This document shows positions 12,001 to 17,640 of a DNA stretch of 20,000 nucleotides, piece by piece. The notes beneath the pieces were generated by a model, which worked only from the letters and a program-made list of their open reading frames with translations, made no database searches and had not been told where the DNA came from. The position numbers and the translations under genes are program-made. This stretch comes from Barthelona sp. PAP020. Taxonomy: Eukaryota. Location of the stretch: the NCBI GenBank assembly GCA_040182905.1, contig JARQWU010000008.1:49896-69895 (forward strand). The letters run 5' to 3'. Each line of letters starts with the position of its first letter. The first letter of the stretch is position 1.

Positions 12001-15000
12001 AATATTGAGCAGTTTAACAAAGTACTGATAATTTTTGATATGAATGATGTGAAAATTGATGAAATTATTTTGGATATTGATTTATCAATTGAAATTCCCC
12101 ATATATCGATAGAAGGTTCATTTTGGCCAGTTTCTGGCTGTAGTATTAAAGAAGATAATTCCTCTTGTTTGGATTTTTGGGAAAATGAGTGTAATTATTT
12201 GCTTTATGGAAAAGAATTTGAAATTTTCAATTCATCCAAAGTGTCACAAAATATTGAAATCTTTAGCAAGTTTGATGTGAATTTTAGAAAGGGAAATTTG
12301 GTTAAATTTTTTGTTGAGCCGCAAACACAGGATAAACCCAAAAATATTCAGATTGAAAATACAAATAAAGACAATTATCTTGCTATTCATTATGGGGCTA
12401 AAAGCGATGAACGAATGCTGCTTCGTTTAGCAAATGAAACCGAATTAATATTTTATTCAATTGATACAAATTATAGAATGCATGTTTTGCGTGATTTAAC
12501 TTCTATTGCCAGATATATGAACAATACAATTTTCTTTTGCATTATTAACATTGGTTCAACAATTTATGAAATTAACAAAATTAAATATTTACCAAACAAA
12601 CCAAAAATCTTTTCGTTGGAAAAATTTGATAATTTTTTTGAAATTTTCAAAACTTTTCATAATATTGATAAAAATTTCAACAAAAATCATTCAATTTCTA
12701 TTGTAAATGTTCAAGTTATTTCATTTGACAGAAATGATGGTGGAGAATATTTAATTAAAATGAAAATGGATGACATTCCATCAATTGTTGATATTTATCC
12801 TTCAGATTTCTCTTTAACTATATACAATCATGATAAAGTTGTGAAAGAAATTTGTGAAGGCATGTTTGAAGTTAGTATGGAAGAATTAAGAGATTTCATT
12901 TTATGTAATTGTTCTTGTTCTGTTGGTAATCATGTTTTTACAATGAATTGTGTGAATTTGGATGTTGAAATGATGATAGATCCAACTAATTGCATTTATT
13001 TTGAAGATAAGAGGCAAATAAAATTTACTTTAAAAGTCAAAGAAGCGAATTCTTTATTCAATCCCAAATATTTGAAGAATTTAGCAAAAATTCAAATCAT
13101 CAGAAATAATAACCAAAAAAATGAAAAAAAATCTTTGGAATACGAATGCCTTAAATGTAATTTTGATGGGAAAAACACAAACAACATCATTTTTGAGATA
13201 ATACTGAAAGAAGATATCACTCCAAATAGTTCTATTTTTTTAAAATTAAAAGCATTGGAAAGCTTTGAATTACCTTTGAATTTGCGTAACAAAAAACAAA
13301 ATAAAAACAAAAATAAAGATGAAAAGTTGTCAGTTGAGAAATATTGGAAGAAAATTTGTTTCTCCACCCATTTTGATTCTTCAAAATTAATCAGAAGAAT
13401 TCAATTGAAGAAAATTTCGTTAACTTGCCCTAAAAACATTCATGGCAATAAAAACATTCATGGGAATGAAAAATTCCTCGAAATTAAATCAATTGATTCC
13501 ATCACAAGTGTTGAGAAACCAACGAGCCATTTCCAGTTTGAATACAATTCTCGAAACATAAATTTTGATTGGATCATTGGTAAAAATAGTCACAAAGTAT
13601 TTCAAGATTTATTCCTTTGTGTTTTTTCAAATATTGGGGATGAAAAATTGAAAAATATTGTTGATTTTTTAAATCTTATTTTAAATGTGATATTTCACAA
13701 TTATAATGAAATATTTGATGGTTTTTCGGAATATATAATAAAATTATGTGCTAGAATATGGAAACATGAAGTGGCAACTATATATTCCGTTTTTTTATCT
13801 GAAAATCACAAAGATCTGTTGGAAAAAATTGGATTGGTGATATCTTTGAATAATGAAACATGGAAACACATGTCTATGGAAGGTTTTCAAGTTGAAAATA
13901 TTGTGAAAAATGATTATTTTGATGTATTTAAAACGGAACAAAAAAATGAAAATGAAAAATTGAAATCACAAAAGTTTGCCAATTATAAGAATTTAAAGAA
14001 TCAAAATAAGAAATTTAACAGTGCTAAAAAGGAAGAACCCAATGACGAAGACCATTTTAACTTGGATTTAAATGATATCAACGTTATTGATGGAAATGAT
14101 TTTTCAGATGATGAAAATGAAAATGAATTGAAAGATAATGTTGAAAGAGGGGATTCAAATGATGAAATAAAGGCAAAAGCAATTGATAATTCTGAAAATG
14201 GAAATTTAAAAGGGAAAAAGAAAGAAATTGAAAGAGAATTTGATAACAATGAACACGATGATGAAACTTTTAAGCTTACTGAAGAAGAAAGAGAATTTCA
14301 AAGTATGAGTAATGGAACTATATTATTTGTTGAGGCTAAATTCGATAAAAGTCAACAAATTTTATTTGATCGTTTGGTAGATTTGGAAGAAATCGTTGAT
14401 ATTGAAGATTTTTGCTCAATTATGAGTCAAACCCTTAATAATTTGTTGATTGAATCAAATTATCATGATACAAATCCTTTTATCATCAATACTAAACCAA
14501 TAACCATCATAATTCAAGCTTCAGAATCAATTTATCAAAAGATGGAAAACTTTTTGTGTGGATGTATTCAAATGCTCATTTTGATTAATTATCTTGGGGT
14601 ATCCTTTGACTTGGTTATATCTGGTGGTATAAATATTCATTTAGTGATAAAAAGAGCAAATGATTGTTTATCTCCAACAATTATTAAAAATTTGATACAA
14701 CTAGTTAAAATTTTATGTGATCCAGATTCAAAAAAATCACAAGGATCATTTTGCTTAGCTAATAGTCTTAGTTTTGTTGCAAAAGTCCAATTATTTGATG
14801 ATGATAATGATATTTTTGTATTTACCGATGGTTTAACAATCGATTTTGACTTTTCATGTGTTGATATGAGAAAAGTTTATCTATTTATGTTTCCTCTAAA
14901 GTCTTCAACATTGAGATACGTTGATTTGGCGACAAGATATTTTAATCATTTGAATTGTTTTAAATTCACTCAATCATTATCAAACAACATTAATTTATTA

Positions 15001-17640
15001 TTGAATGAAGTTATAAAGGTACTAAAATATAACACAAGGCCAAAAGAAACAAAAGTACACTTTGTTTCACAAAATTTGATATATCCTTGGTGTTATAAAT
15101 TGAAGTTACCTAAAGAGAACAATATAAGAACAATACCCGTGAATAACAATGTTGAAAAAGAAAAAATTCCAAACGACACAGAATTTTGTGATGATGATGT
15201 TTTCAAAGAACACGATATTGTTTGGTTCACAAAAGATCAAAACTTGAATTTTAAAAAACAGCATTTTCATCAATTAACCAATGATGTTGAAGAGTTTTAT
15301 GATCAAAATCAACATCTTTTCAAAAATCTTTCATCAGGTTTTAAAGCCAAAATAGTTTTACCAAATAGACCCACAAAATTATTACCTTCTACATTTGGGA
15401 GCACTATTATGATCTCACAGTTGGTAAAATACATTATTTCAAATGGTAACTACACAAAAATCTTTGGAAAACGTATAGGTTGTCCAATTCCAGATTATTC
15501 AGTTGTTATTGCAGTTGATTCAACAAGTTTATCGTCACCAAAATTAATAAAGTATGTTTTAACTGTTTATCATGCTTTGCGCAACGTTGGTATTATGGAA
15601 ATAGCAATTATAGTCGGAAACACTAAAATATACATGGTCAAACAATTTTTACAACCTATTAGCAGTTGTATCCATATGTTACATCAAGTTACTCAACCAA
15701 ACGGTTCAATAAGCTTGAAGACTTTGTTATATACTTCTGCAATGACTTTTAAAGAGTATGCATCATCAAAACTTGAAAATGTTATCATTTGTTTAACAAC
15801 TGGTCTGCATTGGAAGGACTCATTTTATAATTTCAGCTGGATTGATGGAATTAAACTGTTTCCCATTGCTTTTGAGAATCATTTGAACAATTCTTCAAAT
15901 TTTTTGTATGGAAAAACAATTTTTGATTTGATTAATAGATTATCAAAGAACACAGACGAAATTACCTGTGATTATTCTCAAAATCCAGTCATGAGAGTGA
16001 ATAATAGTTGTTTTGATTTGAATAATTGGGTGAATAGAATCTTTAATCATAGTTTACGTGATATTTCTGGAAAGATAGACAAAATTACTGGTACGATTGA
16101 TAATCGTATAATGATTAATTCTATTTGTGAAGAATTAGCTATTTATGATGAAATGGGAGATGTTACTGTTGAAGAAAAAGAAATAAATGGGAAAATTATT
16201 CAAGAAAAAACTGAAGTTAAAGGAAATGTTGAAACCCATGTTATTTTCAAGGATAACGCCTTTAAGAATGCCAATGTCAAAATATTGATTCTTTATTTAT
16301 ATCCATCACCTAAAACTAATGAATTTGTTAATGTAGAAGCATTTAAAAAGAATACAGGGAGAATTTTTAGAAAATTAGGTATTAAATATTCAATCGTTTT
16401 TGATTTTGAAAATGCTTTGAAGCTGATGGCAGCCAAAGATTATCAACAAGTATGGATCATATGTACAAATGGTCCTTTCAACAAAAATAGTAATTCTACT
16501 GCTTATAATTATCGTAAACCTTTCATTAAAGATGTTTTAATTCCTTTTTGGAGAAATGGAGGAGGTGTTTGCATCTTGGCTGACAATGAACCAATTGTTT
16601 CTGAAGCACAATGTTGGTTTGATCATTGGGAAATTACAAAAGATCTAAATATCAAGGTGGAAGGAAATTACATTGGTCAAAAAATAGTCACAAGTGAAGA
16701 TGGTAATTTTAGGAAACCAACTGCTGGGAATGAATACACTTTATCCACTGGAATCAACTCAATGTATGAAGGAAACACCATTTGCACTCTGAATAAAAGC
16801 ATTGCAGAAATTGAAGCAATTGCAGGACTGGAAGTATTTATGAAAAATTCTATCGATCAAATTGCTGTTTTAACATATGCAAATCCCGATATCAATCATT
16901 CACATGGAAGATTTGTCTTTGATTCAGGTTTCACAAAACTTTTTCATGAAATTGCAACATATGGTGTCATTGCTTATGTTAGAAACATTGTTTCATGGTT
17001 ATTAAAACCAGAATATGTGAAGCAGAATGAAAAAATACCAGTTGTCAACTTTATCTTCCCAGAAACTTTGGAGTTACCAAATCCTGGTGCAGATACAGAA
17101 TATTATTTCAGTGGATCATCTGGAAACAATTCATTTGGTTGTGCTCATTATATTCTTGTTTTGGATGCTTCAGGTAGCATGTCAAGATTTCTCAGGGATG
17201 TTGAGAAAGGTGTTCATTATTTTGTTGAAAACTTGTTGAATACGAATTCTCTGATATCAGTTGTTGCTTTTGGATCCACTTCAACTATATTAAATGAAAG
17301 AGCAGCAGCTGAGAATTTTGGAAAAATTCATCTCAACGATATGGGTAGTACTAATTTTAATTCTGCATTTGAAACAGCATATAGTTTAATGAAGAGAAAT
17401 AAAGATACCATGGCATGTCGAGTCATTTTCTTTTCTGATGGTTGTCCAACTTGTGATGGAAGTTATTTGAAAATTGCAGAAAATATTGGAGAATATTGTC
17501 CAATTTTTACATTTGGCTATGGTAATGTCAGTGAAAAGGCGCTGATATCGATTGCCAAAAGAAGTGATGGAGAGTATTTGGAAAAAATTGAGAAATTTGA
17601 AGAATTTGGTGAAAAACTTGTTGAATGTGCTCAAATATAG
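1..17640 (+). CDS. Giant midasin (Mdn1/Rea1)-like AAA+ ATPase with six tandem AAA modules and a triple-vWA plus GATase-like C-terminal tail; probably 5'-partial
   Basis: Frame +1 has no stop from base 1 (TGG CGA GAT AAT... = WRDNVKFSKEQ...) through the first ATG at 214 to TAG at 17638-17640. Six MoxR/midasin-type AAA modules are visible (e.g. WLILDELNLA...HPNFRLFATMNP...LSRF; SPAVLERLNSLFD), followed by a ~1900-aa linker, an acidic tract and vWA domains. This is the midasin domain order. No symbol is given because orthology to MDN1 is doubtful. Confidence 0.9.
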   Translation, partial: WRDNVKFSKEQFERKNFSNFTQNQDSIHISVDILSIYSLIGYFEVILDDDSHHIIIPKHFSIVKDRFHNAFMFCSVNKSKFGFINFESIQFPLYVPFSFNEVNCSDCVQCTKYFNNSAILYLQSRSSRHGTLKIDGKNYKFSKTYVELFFDLPLDVIHSEFILRIDREEYQYEMFKFNGQWIFLGIIAHLLDEQPCSCVFYIKTIDSLQQISYSISENFDRFNEYDQQWNLIDFQTLKQFSFNVRPIQKDVDCLRLIFKDEPTFVEQHELCCTGNFHENSIDSMRITVTVPIRYIGFGRWEAVFDLEHPKKGKIWDNLLLHIEDKTSGKTITSNTFTYLDCRQINQLIFPYSTKQLVRYDSFNARSEAKVSFPAKDLFRKEDKHSTESESFTKNSQDFKNTVDTFLSKVNSKVDASLKNSFRIPQFSSIKPLPNMSNESIIDFWRKFCCNCKQSDEIQHLLKKNKYVLTDTAVKNLDILLKLVSNQLPILIEADSAAGKNRAIEEVFNIVKLYLKYDFKLFRFNLNSSITSEDILGKLKIKNGICQFQTGIFAQCFEYGHWLILDELNLARNEVLQVLQTSIDMKEITIPCHSKNSSIRTAKMHPNFRLFATMNPTADIFTGKRQQLNEAILSRFTCCSFASESDFREFIKQLFCYTFQKELDDKKLKMNRSIITWIDVLFNIHTQALKQFDRRLTVTIREVVKFIDGFKCMLFERESPVNIFKYLANIIYQLRNVDIMFNFDSYIDSCKILNFTFPQDNNKLLVSSKKSTNKTCRDINSFIKRFCSLFNRNSITGKDYQKIGCLFDDAIMVCSFRRTKLERSKKNSNLESFKKNFIERFSKSLPIRLRSDSKEEKSIKTYLEKLFEVVESQIKFQFPVPLIVHLDIDVQQYSPTISSLNLRIDIINPILKALDLGFHICVAGPSLSGKSTILQLVSIAYGQKYNSMTLFEDSDKYSLLGTSSISKNAQGSFGINFSPSPLLQAVTSGSTHILENVDLAESTVVELLNNLLEKNVVTSSDEMIWEVTEHPKGFVEINKNFRFCCTATLNIEGIPNLSLAFLNRLLLVCIAEPVLVEDSTLTKGAFDMIKPVLFHGFAIHYKMAEALVGLSILFENCKSFNLRIFFEFLRLFSAKVKRSYEFLRKLPKSKKNLNEDSKNMFLSGFLLAFNVLAIIEPSVQIKLTRREKFGGNTFEIIFNQNFYHSLFKYKVKASVDKDTFASHKEYMLNNLGGQVISAKETSKNKILELEMTHAEFNNACHITRIHQSRHNHRYHRHYHSHSFGHNDLILSRVKICLDGQKKIKYEIDEHEISLNNQFQRYLGEYQNCFKPSKFSSFVVDDRVKSQYKLLEDITQALHMGLHVLITGSSSTGKTAIISHIANTRKCSSETRKLEIVNCSDSTSVESFFGAPSITGEFIDGPLTRAIVNGNMFLADELNLISSYIYSALTPVFTNMDIVQIPGRPKPVIIHKDFAFVATQNDTNTRGRRVLPSHFVSRMCIVYSKPLLSQDCQIILDNVNQINTNAWGDCLRIYYEHFQKVCTKVPFRKQLTLRDLLKLQKRLLNFIESTNKTSDGFIDEHLIILEYFYCMCDDKKEFCLYFKNLPECSHVISVFDAKWNIRYNEVEETCEIISDSKDGEFCLSFSCANYHSNETFWNNLPQDCYLLLRQLIYSTKIDENRGEFTESILCIGDSIAIDVIHKFEEACGNVFVTKKFNSQTSVEDFIGSYSIRKTDALSIQQLIEQLLIDLSEMLNVFATRNLSISDDLDNLRSEYEGFVLKGDYSEDSLNKLSQTLKNLINWKISVNYNIISQQISRIVDVIDHLNDENIWVHFQPTFVVNSILKANSFLLDSIDRCSPAVLERLNSLFDINPSFDVAEINKDNEISVAPFILRCAFVNMDKSKQLQLSSAFLSRVTTINIQGYSKDHLLLTLHKQHDWLDFGWMKQFVRGINSLNFDIKYEELKKILDMAISLTYPVTTWSIQFRIVYSFVLKFSIYFNSFEQCVNRCKEAFDHSLDNEEKQQLKSLIYDVNNKVKNNSVFEIDSINGVANIVYNNYTWISHHFDVLNDDVPTDSNVGLLPLSSTKFAMLMCLTCLKIKQPLLFVGVPGISKTTAVVTMARMLDYKLLKVNLNYNTTIEELFGRIIPKTNLDGTYSFEFNPGPVYQAFQDIVGGIGNTILLFDELNLCSHEVLESLIPVFDLAAKGKGVLRFGSYTLEVEGFVPIFATMNPSSMTQNRSNLPYDLEKLIIIQKLEEFKKEDFELAIDYFWRPILPLKQFEYAKSFHLYCIEVIKTKNLTSIIIGLREILKFWKLTQNIPKISKTLITIKRALSLVYLSCFNSEPQLKRRLMQKLNIENSKKSVEIFLIHNDKQVVINDLIIDRTNHGSYCGDEIFEHPVFNEQLFTLALAYFTRRGILLEGTPSCGKTTLVKYFSKLCGCKLLIFNVNEDTTASALVGQYYPNIELQFNKASSGLIRELNNCSFKDEEKQLKNCLLEFVSNFEFFCDLIQINDKNQRGYYDLIKFVKEKKSLRKFHENLRKLLSKVENNIEFTFIFSELVFALQNGYFILVENINSASTDLIERFNSLLEANSELIIFEKTPPVTLSISANKDLNKSKKLQNSSELQTGTYKIHEKSRIFFTNTLYDDKKAQSGLSPAFLSRIISLPIDGIEKSSTTIKLSESIFRCFESMINNQNLNFEEETIDKLSCCLEKSYKEIIEKFEKDEYFVGDKKPTIRVLYRIIKEIKTYLFLKGQKELLKSAEKIFVFHYHCLFKYKYKEAFKKICPDFKFRNVRGNNYSSNKNLLNLFQKLFDRKFKSFFEEFLKIQVDQIFSLHIMNKYEVLANNYFENNENFSIVEIFNCFKEFINIFKREHQFKKSDSKIQDIILEESDETFYCFEKLSNKVYLFHFWNNDVDWYNIIKTNFERTFGNVLSFILLNLCNSINDDLHDIIRDLNGVRKFYTDCHGMSIEEMAHLILEHYETVNQFVEYCSNNNYDDDDEVTVSQENIDFLLEDISQLKEEIDDSYRQKLFEDRAKLIGEIKKNIQTKLMNMDINSFTLWYKHSKKLNEYDETELLSLFQQIVSFQCETADRKSNITFLCENLDFYSSNVKNRDQHGQNRLQSIIYLSFFKHFFDILIKKYWIPSVSSKYYDLFIYLGIQCEMIDLYSSEIDLKSISDSLKKKISTKLKKSEEILNSLLSTNFEQLDEIESLLNTLQSHLIKHGLPFLKYNQLLIFAKNDHLGDFDDVKVIQIFELVQNGNKTDLSMLTKLNCKFIKVLVNINGLKDGFKPYEWICLDKRFLKLFLTPLILQHLTHEPTSISCPIFLNCCSFNQLQHSCDDLKQYIGFNISQYVHLSFDFWFEGIFNQYHEEQVKEGLITTSYDLEMLLICLQNLLNEFRSTKDSNKRNLYGNNHKSNTKIMSDDDLLKFPLIIRICKGIDDCLKNNGKFDSFEKVFEILSKESLFKDFNLFINSHIDNLRQKIDLLQKEKESQQEKLSLMKDDVLSKFSQWYNEEYYPKAVKSILEENKKKVNQIFTMAFDASHIDHRRIAFELIYQEDKQEFYKEYLRDCFWYNITCFIVSNRIFKDLIGSTALNSSSSKAKKKTKKKLQIFVKSPFFDNRIGPIGYNQDNFNPIFLFENEEIIVKQIENTKNNQKTKKYNEDSGKEEINIAHVIFKDGRLFDKKNDENFDRYHEIDAKNDLEGLKVYEYPFKQSVLNASDNILKSQKLKLFNNWFKRKQDTYVVEKDEFHVLNLFINYFQEVKEERNAPFNKDQLTKFKTIDSIETQESFGIDKESLDNEFNKNKSCNLEAKLKIFFVNEDDKVKEYVNTIKDCCSNITKHNNKINQCNNMLNEISDIRGQFQNGCQKLNISKLNSQCFSFEVKVYLKLLDVCIFGKEAISAQIPKDSFKYMMQNFNKMKEKLIYINSKNQFVQRNFKLDLGHFSKYMIGDTLSISIPFIYLGSDSWLRIKCDDQNKIQCLKPGSGHIECDFDVDDNIEQFNKVLIIFDMNDVKIDEIILDIDLSIEIPHISIEGSFWPVSGCSIKEDNSSCLDFWENECNYLLYGKEFEIFNSSKVSQNIEIFSKFDVNFRKGNLVKFFVEPQTQDKPKNIQIENTNKDNYLAIHYGAKSDERMLLRLANETELIFYSIDTNYRMHVLRDLTSIARYMNNTIFFCIINIGSTIYEINKIKYLPNKPKIFSLEKFDNFFEIFKTFHNIDKNFNKNHSISIVNVQVISFDRNDGGEYLIKMKMDDIPSIVDIYPSDFSLTIYNHDKVVKEICEGMFEVSMEELRDFILCNCSCSVGNHVFTMNCVNLDVEMMIDPTNCIYFEDKRQIKFTLKVKEANSLFNPKYLKNLAKIQIIRNNNQKNEKKSLEYECLKCNFDGKNTNNIIFEIILKEDITPNSSIFLKLKALESFELPLNLRNKKQNKNKNKDEKLSVEKYWKKICFSTHFDSSKLIRRIQLKKISLTCPKNIHGNKNIHGNEKFLEIKSIDSITSVEKPTSHFQFEYNSRNINFDWIIGKNSHKVFQDLFLCVFSNIGDEKLKNIVDFLNLILNVIFHNYNEIFDGFSEYIIKLCARIWKHEVATIYSVFLSENHKDLLEKIGLVISLNNETWKHMSMEGFQVENIVKNDYFDVFKTEQKNENEKLKSQKFANYKNLKNQNKKFNSAKKEEPNDEDHFNLDLNDINVIDGNDFSDDENENELKDNVERGDSNDEIKAKAIDNSENGNLKGKKKEIEREFDNNEHDDETFKLTEEEREFQSMSNGTILFVEAKFDKSQQILFDRLVDLEEIVDIEDFCSIMSQTLNNLLIESNYHDTNPFIINTKPITIIIQASESIYQKMENFLCGCIQMLILINYLGVSFDLVISGGINIHLVIKRANDCLSPTIIKNLIQLVKILCDPDSKKSQGSFCLANSLSFVAKVQLFDDDNDIFVFTDGLTIDFDFSCVDMRKVYLFMFPLKSSTLRYVDLATRYFNHLNCFKFTQSLSNNINLLLNEVIKVLKYNTRPKETKVHFVSQNLIYPWCYKLKLPKENNIRTIPVNNNVEKEKIPNDTEFCDDDVFKEHDIVWFTKDQNLNFKKQHFHQLTNDVEEFYDQNQHLFKNLSSGFKAKIVLPNRPTKLLPSTFGSTIMISQLVKYIISNGNYTKIFGKRIGCPIPDYSVVIAVDSTSLSSPKLIKYVLTVYHALRNVGIMEIAIIVGNTKIYMVKQFLQPISSCIHMLHQVTQPNGSISLKTLLYTSAMTFKEYASSKLENVIICLTTGLHWKDSFYNFSWIDGIKLFPIAFENHLNNSSNFLYGKTIFDLINRLSKNTDEITCDYSQNPVMRVNNSCFDLNNWVNRIFNHSLRDISGKIDKITGTIDNRIMINSICEELAIYDEMGDVTVEEKEINGKIIQEKTEVKGNVETHVIFKDNAFKNANVKILILYLYPSPKTNEFVNVEAFKKNTGRIFRKLGIKYSIVFDFENALKLMAAKDYQQVWIICTNGPFNKNSNSTAYNYRKPFIKDVLIPFWRNGGGVCILADNEPIVSEAQCWFDHWEITKDLNIKVEGNYIGQKIVTSEDGNFRKPTAGNEYTLSTGINSMYEGNTICTLNKSIAEIEAIAGLEVFMKNSIDQIAVLTYANPDINHSHGRFVFDSGFTKLFHEIATYGVIAYVRNIVSWLLKPEYVKQNEKIPVVNFIFPETLELPNPGADTEYYFSGSSGNNSFGCAHYILVLDASGSMSRFLRDVEKGVHYFVENLLNTNSLISVVAFGSTSTILNERAAAENFGKIHLNDMGSTNFNSAFETAYSLMKRNKDTMACRVIFFSDGCPTCDGSYLKIAENIGEYCPIFTFGYGNVSEKALISIAKRSDGEYLEKIEKFEEFGEKLVECAQI
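1396..2200 (+). other. AAA module 1 (degenerate Walker A, intact Walker B)
   Basis: Walker A region ADSAAGKN (1477-1500), Walker B WLILDE (1681-1698), sensor-1 FATMNP, Arg finger LSRF (R at 1900), sensor-2 TIRE (R at 2098). Boundaries approximate. Confidence 0.85.
2700..3410 (+). other. AAA module 2 (intact Walker A, non-canonical Walker B)
   Basis: GPSLSGKS (2767-2790), HILEN (2971-2985), NKNFRFCCT, LSLAFLNRL (R at 3187), NLR (R at 3364). Boundaries approximate. Confidence 0.85.
4000..4790 (+). other. AAA module 3 (all catalytic motifs intact)
   Basis: GSSSTGKT (4096-4119), MFLADE (4288-4305), HKDFAFVATQN, GRRVLPSHFVSRM (R at 4486), TLRDLLK (R at 4654). Boundaries approximate. Confidence 0.9.
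4960..6000 (+). other. AAA module 4 (degenerate, no Walker A; long helix-2 insert)
   Basis: The P-loop position reads ILCIGDSIAID (G at 5068) with no GK[ST]. Also FNSQTSVEDFIG, FLLDSIDRCSPAVLERLNSLFD (from 5539) and LSSAFLSRV (R at 5737). The sensor-2 position reads KYEEL with no Arg. Boundaries approximate. Confidence 0.75.
6230..7070 (+). other. AAA module 5 (near-canonical Walker A, intact Walker B, Arg finger lost)
   Basis: GVPGISKT (6313-6336), ILLFDE (6532-6549), IFATMNP, NLPYDLEKL (K at 6736 in place of R), GLREILK (R at 6913). Boundaries approximate. Confidence 0.85.
7190..8330 (+). other. AAA module 6 (intact Walker A, non-canonical Walker B; long helix-2 insert)
   Basis: GTPSCGKT (7258-7281), FILVEN (7699-7716), IERFNSLLE, LSPAFLSRI (R at 7981), TIR (R at 8206). 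Boundaries approximate. Confidence 0.85.
13432..13467 (+). repeat. In-frame 18-bp tandem duplication encoding KNIHGN x2
   Basis: aaaaacattcatggcaat (13432-13449) is followed by aaaaacattcatgggaat (13450-13467), with one synonymous mismatch. Confidence 0.9.
14030..14300 (+). other. Asp/Glu-rich low-complexity tract (short equivalent of the midasin D/E-rich tether)
   Basis: EEPNDEDHFNLDLNDINVIDGNDFSDDENENELKD...DNNEHDDETFKLTEEERE lies between the linker and the vWA domains. Confidence 0.7.
14494..14990 (+). other. vWA-like domain 1, degenerate MIDAS
   Basis: Hydrophobic strand ITIII followed by QASES (14515-14529; DxSxS with D changed to Q), later IFVFTDG (TDG 14824-14832) and a VYLFMF strand. 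The spacing fits the vWA fold. Confidence 0.6.
15350..15950 (+). other. vWA-like domain 2, midasin-type MIDAS domain homologue, degenerate
   Basis: PNRPTKLLPSTFGSTIMISQLVKYIISNGNYTKIFGKR...DYSVVIAVDSTS resembles, by eye and from recall, the midasin pre-MIDAS and first-strand segment (PT..TKL.GDY.TG.RLNM...IPYIAS....DKIW.RR......YQI..A.DDS.S). The metal ligands are altered: DSTSL at 15517 and CLTTG instead of ISDG near 15796. Confidence 0.65.
16261..17004 (+). other. Class I glutamine amidotransferase-like (ThuA/GIFT-like) alpha/beta domain
   Basis: Pattern KILILYL...IFRKLGIKYSIV...DYQQVWII...FWRNGGGVCILADNEP (16558-16593)...GRFVFDSGFTKLF (from 16906)...YVRNIVSWL. This matches the 'F...GGG hhhh...GR hhh...N...WL' signature of non-catalytic GATase1-like folds. 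Called by eye. Confidence 0.6.
17143..17637 (+). other. C-terminal vWA domain 3 with intact MIDAS
   Basis: YILVLDASGSM (DxSxS 17164-17178), ISVVAFG, GSTNF (T at 17350), VIFFSDG (D at 17437), IFTFGYG, L..IA..SDGEY. Confidence 0.92.
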
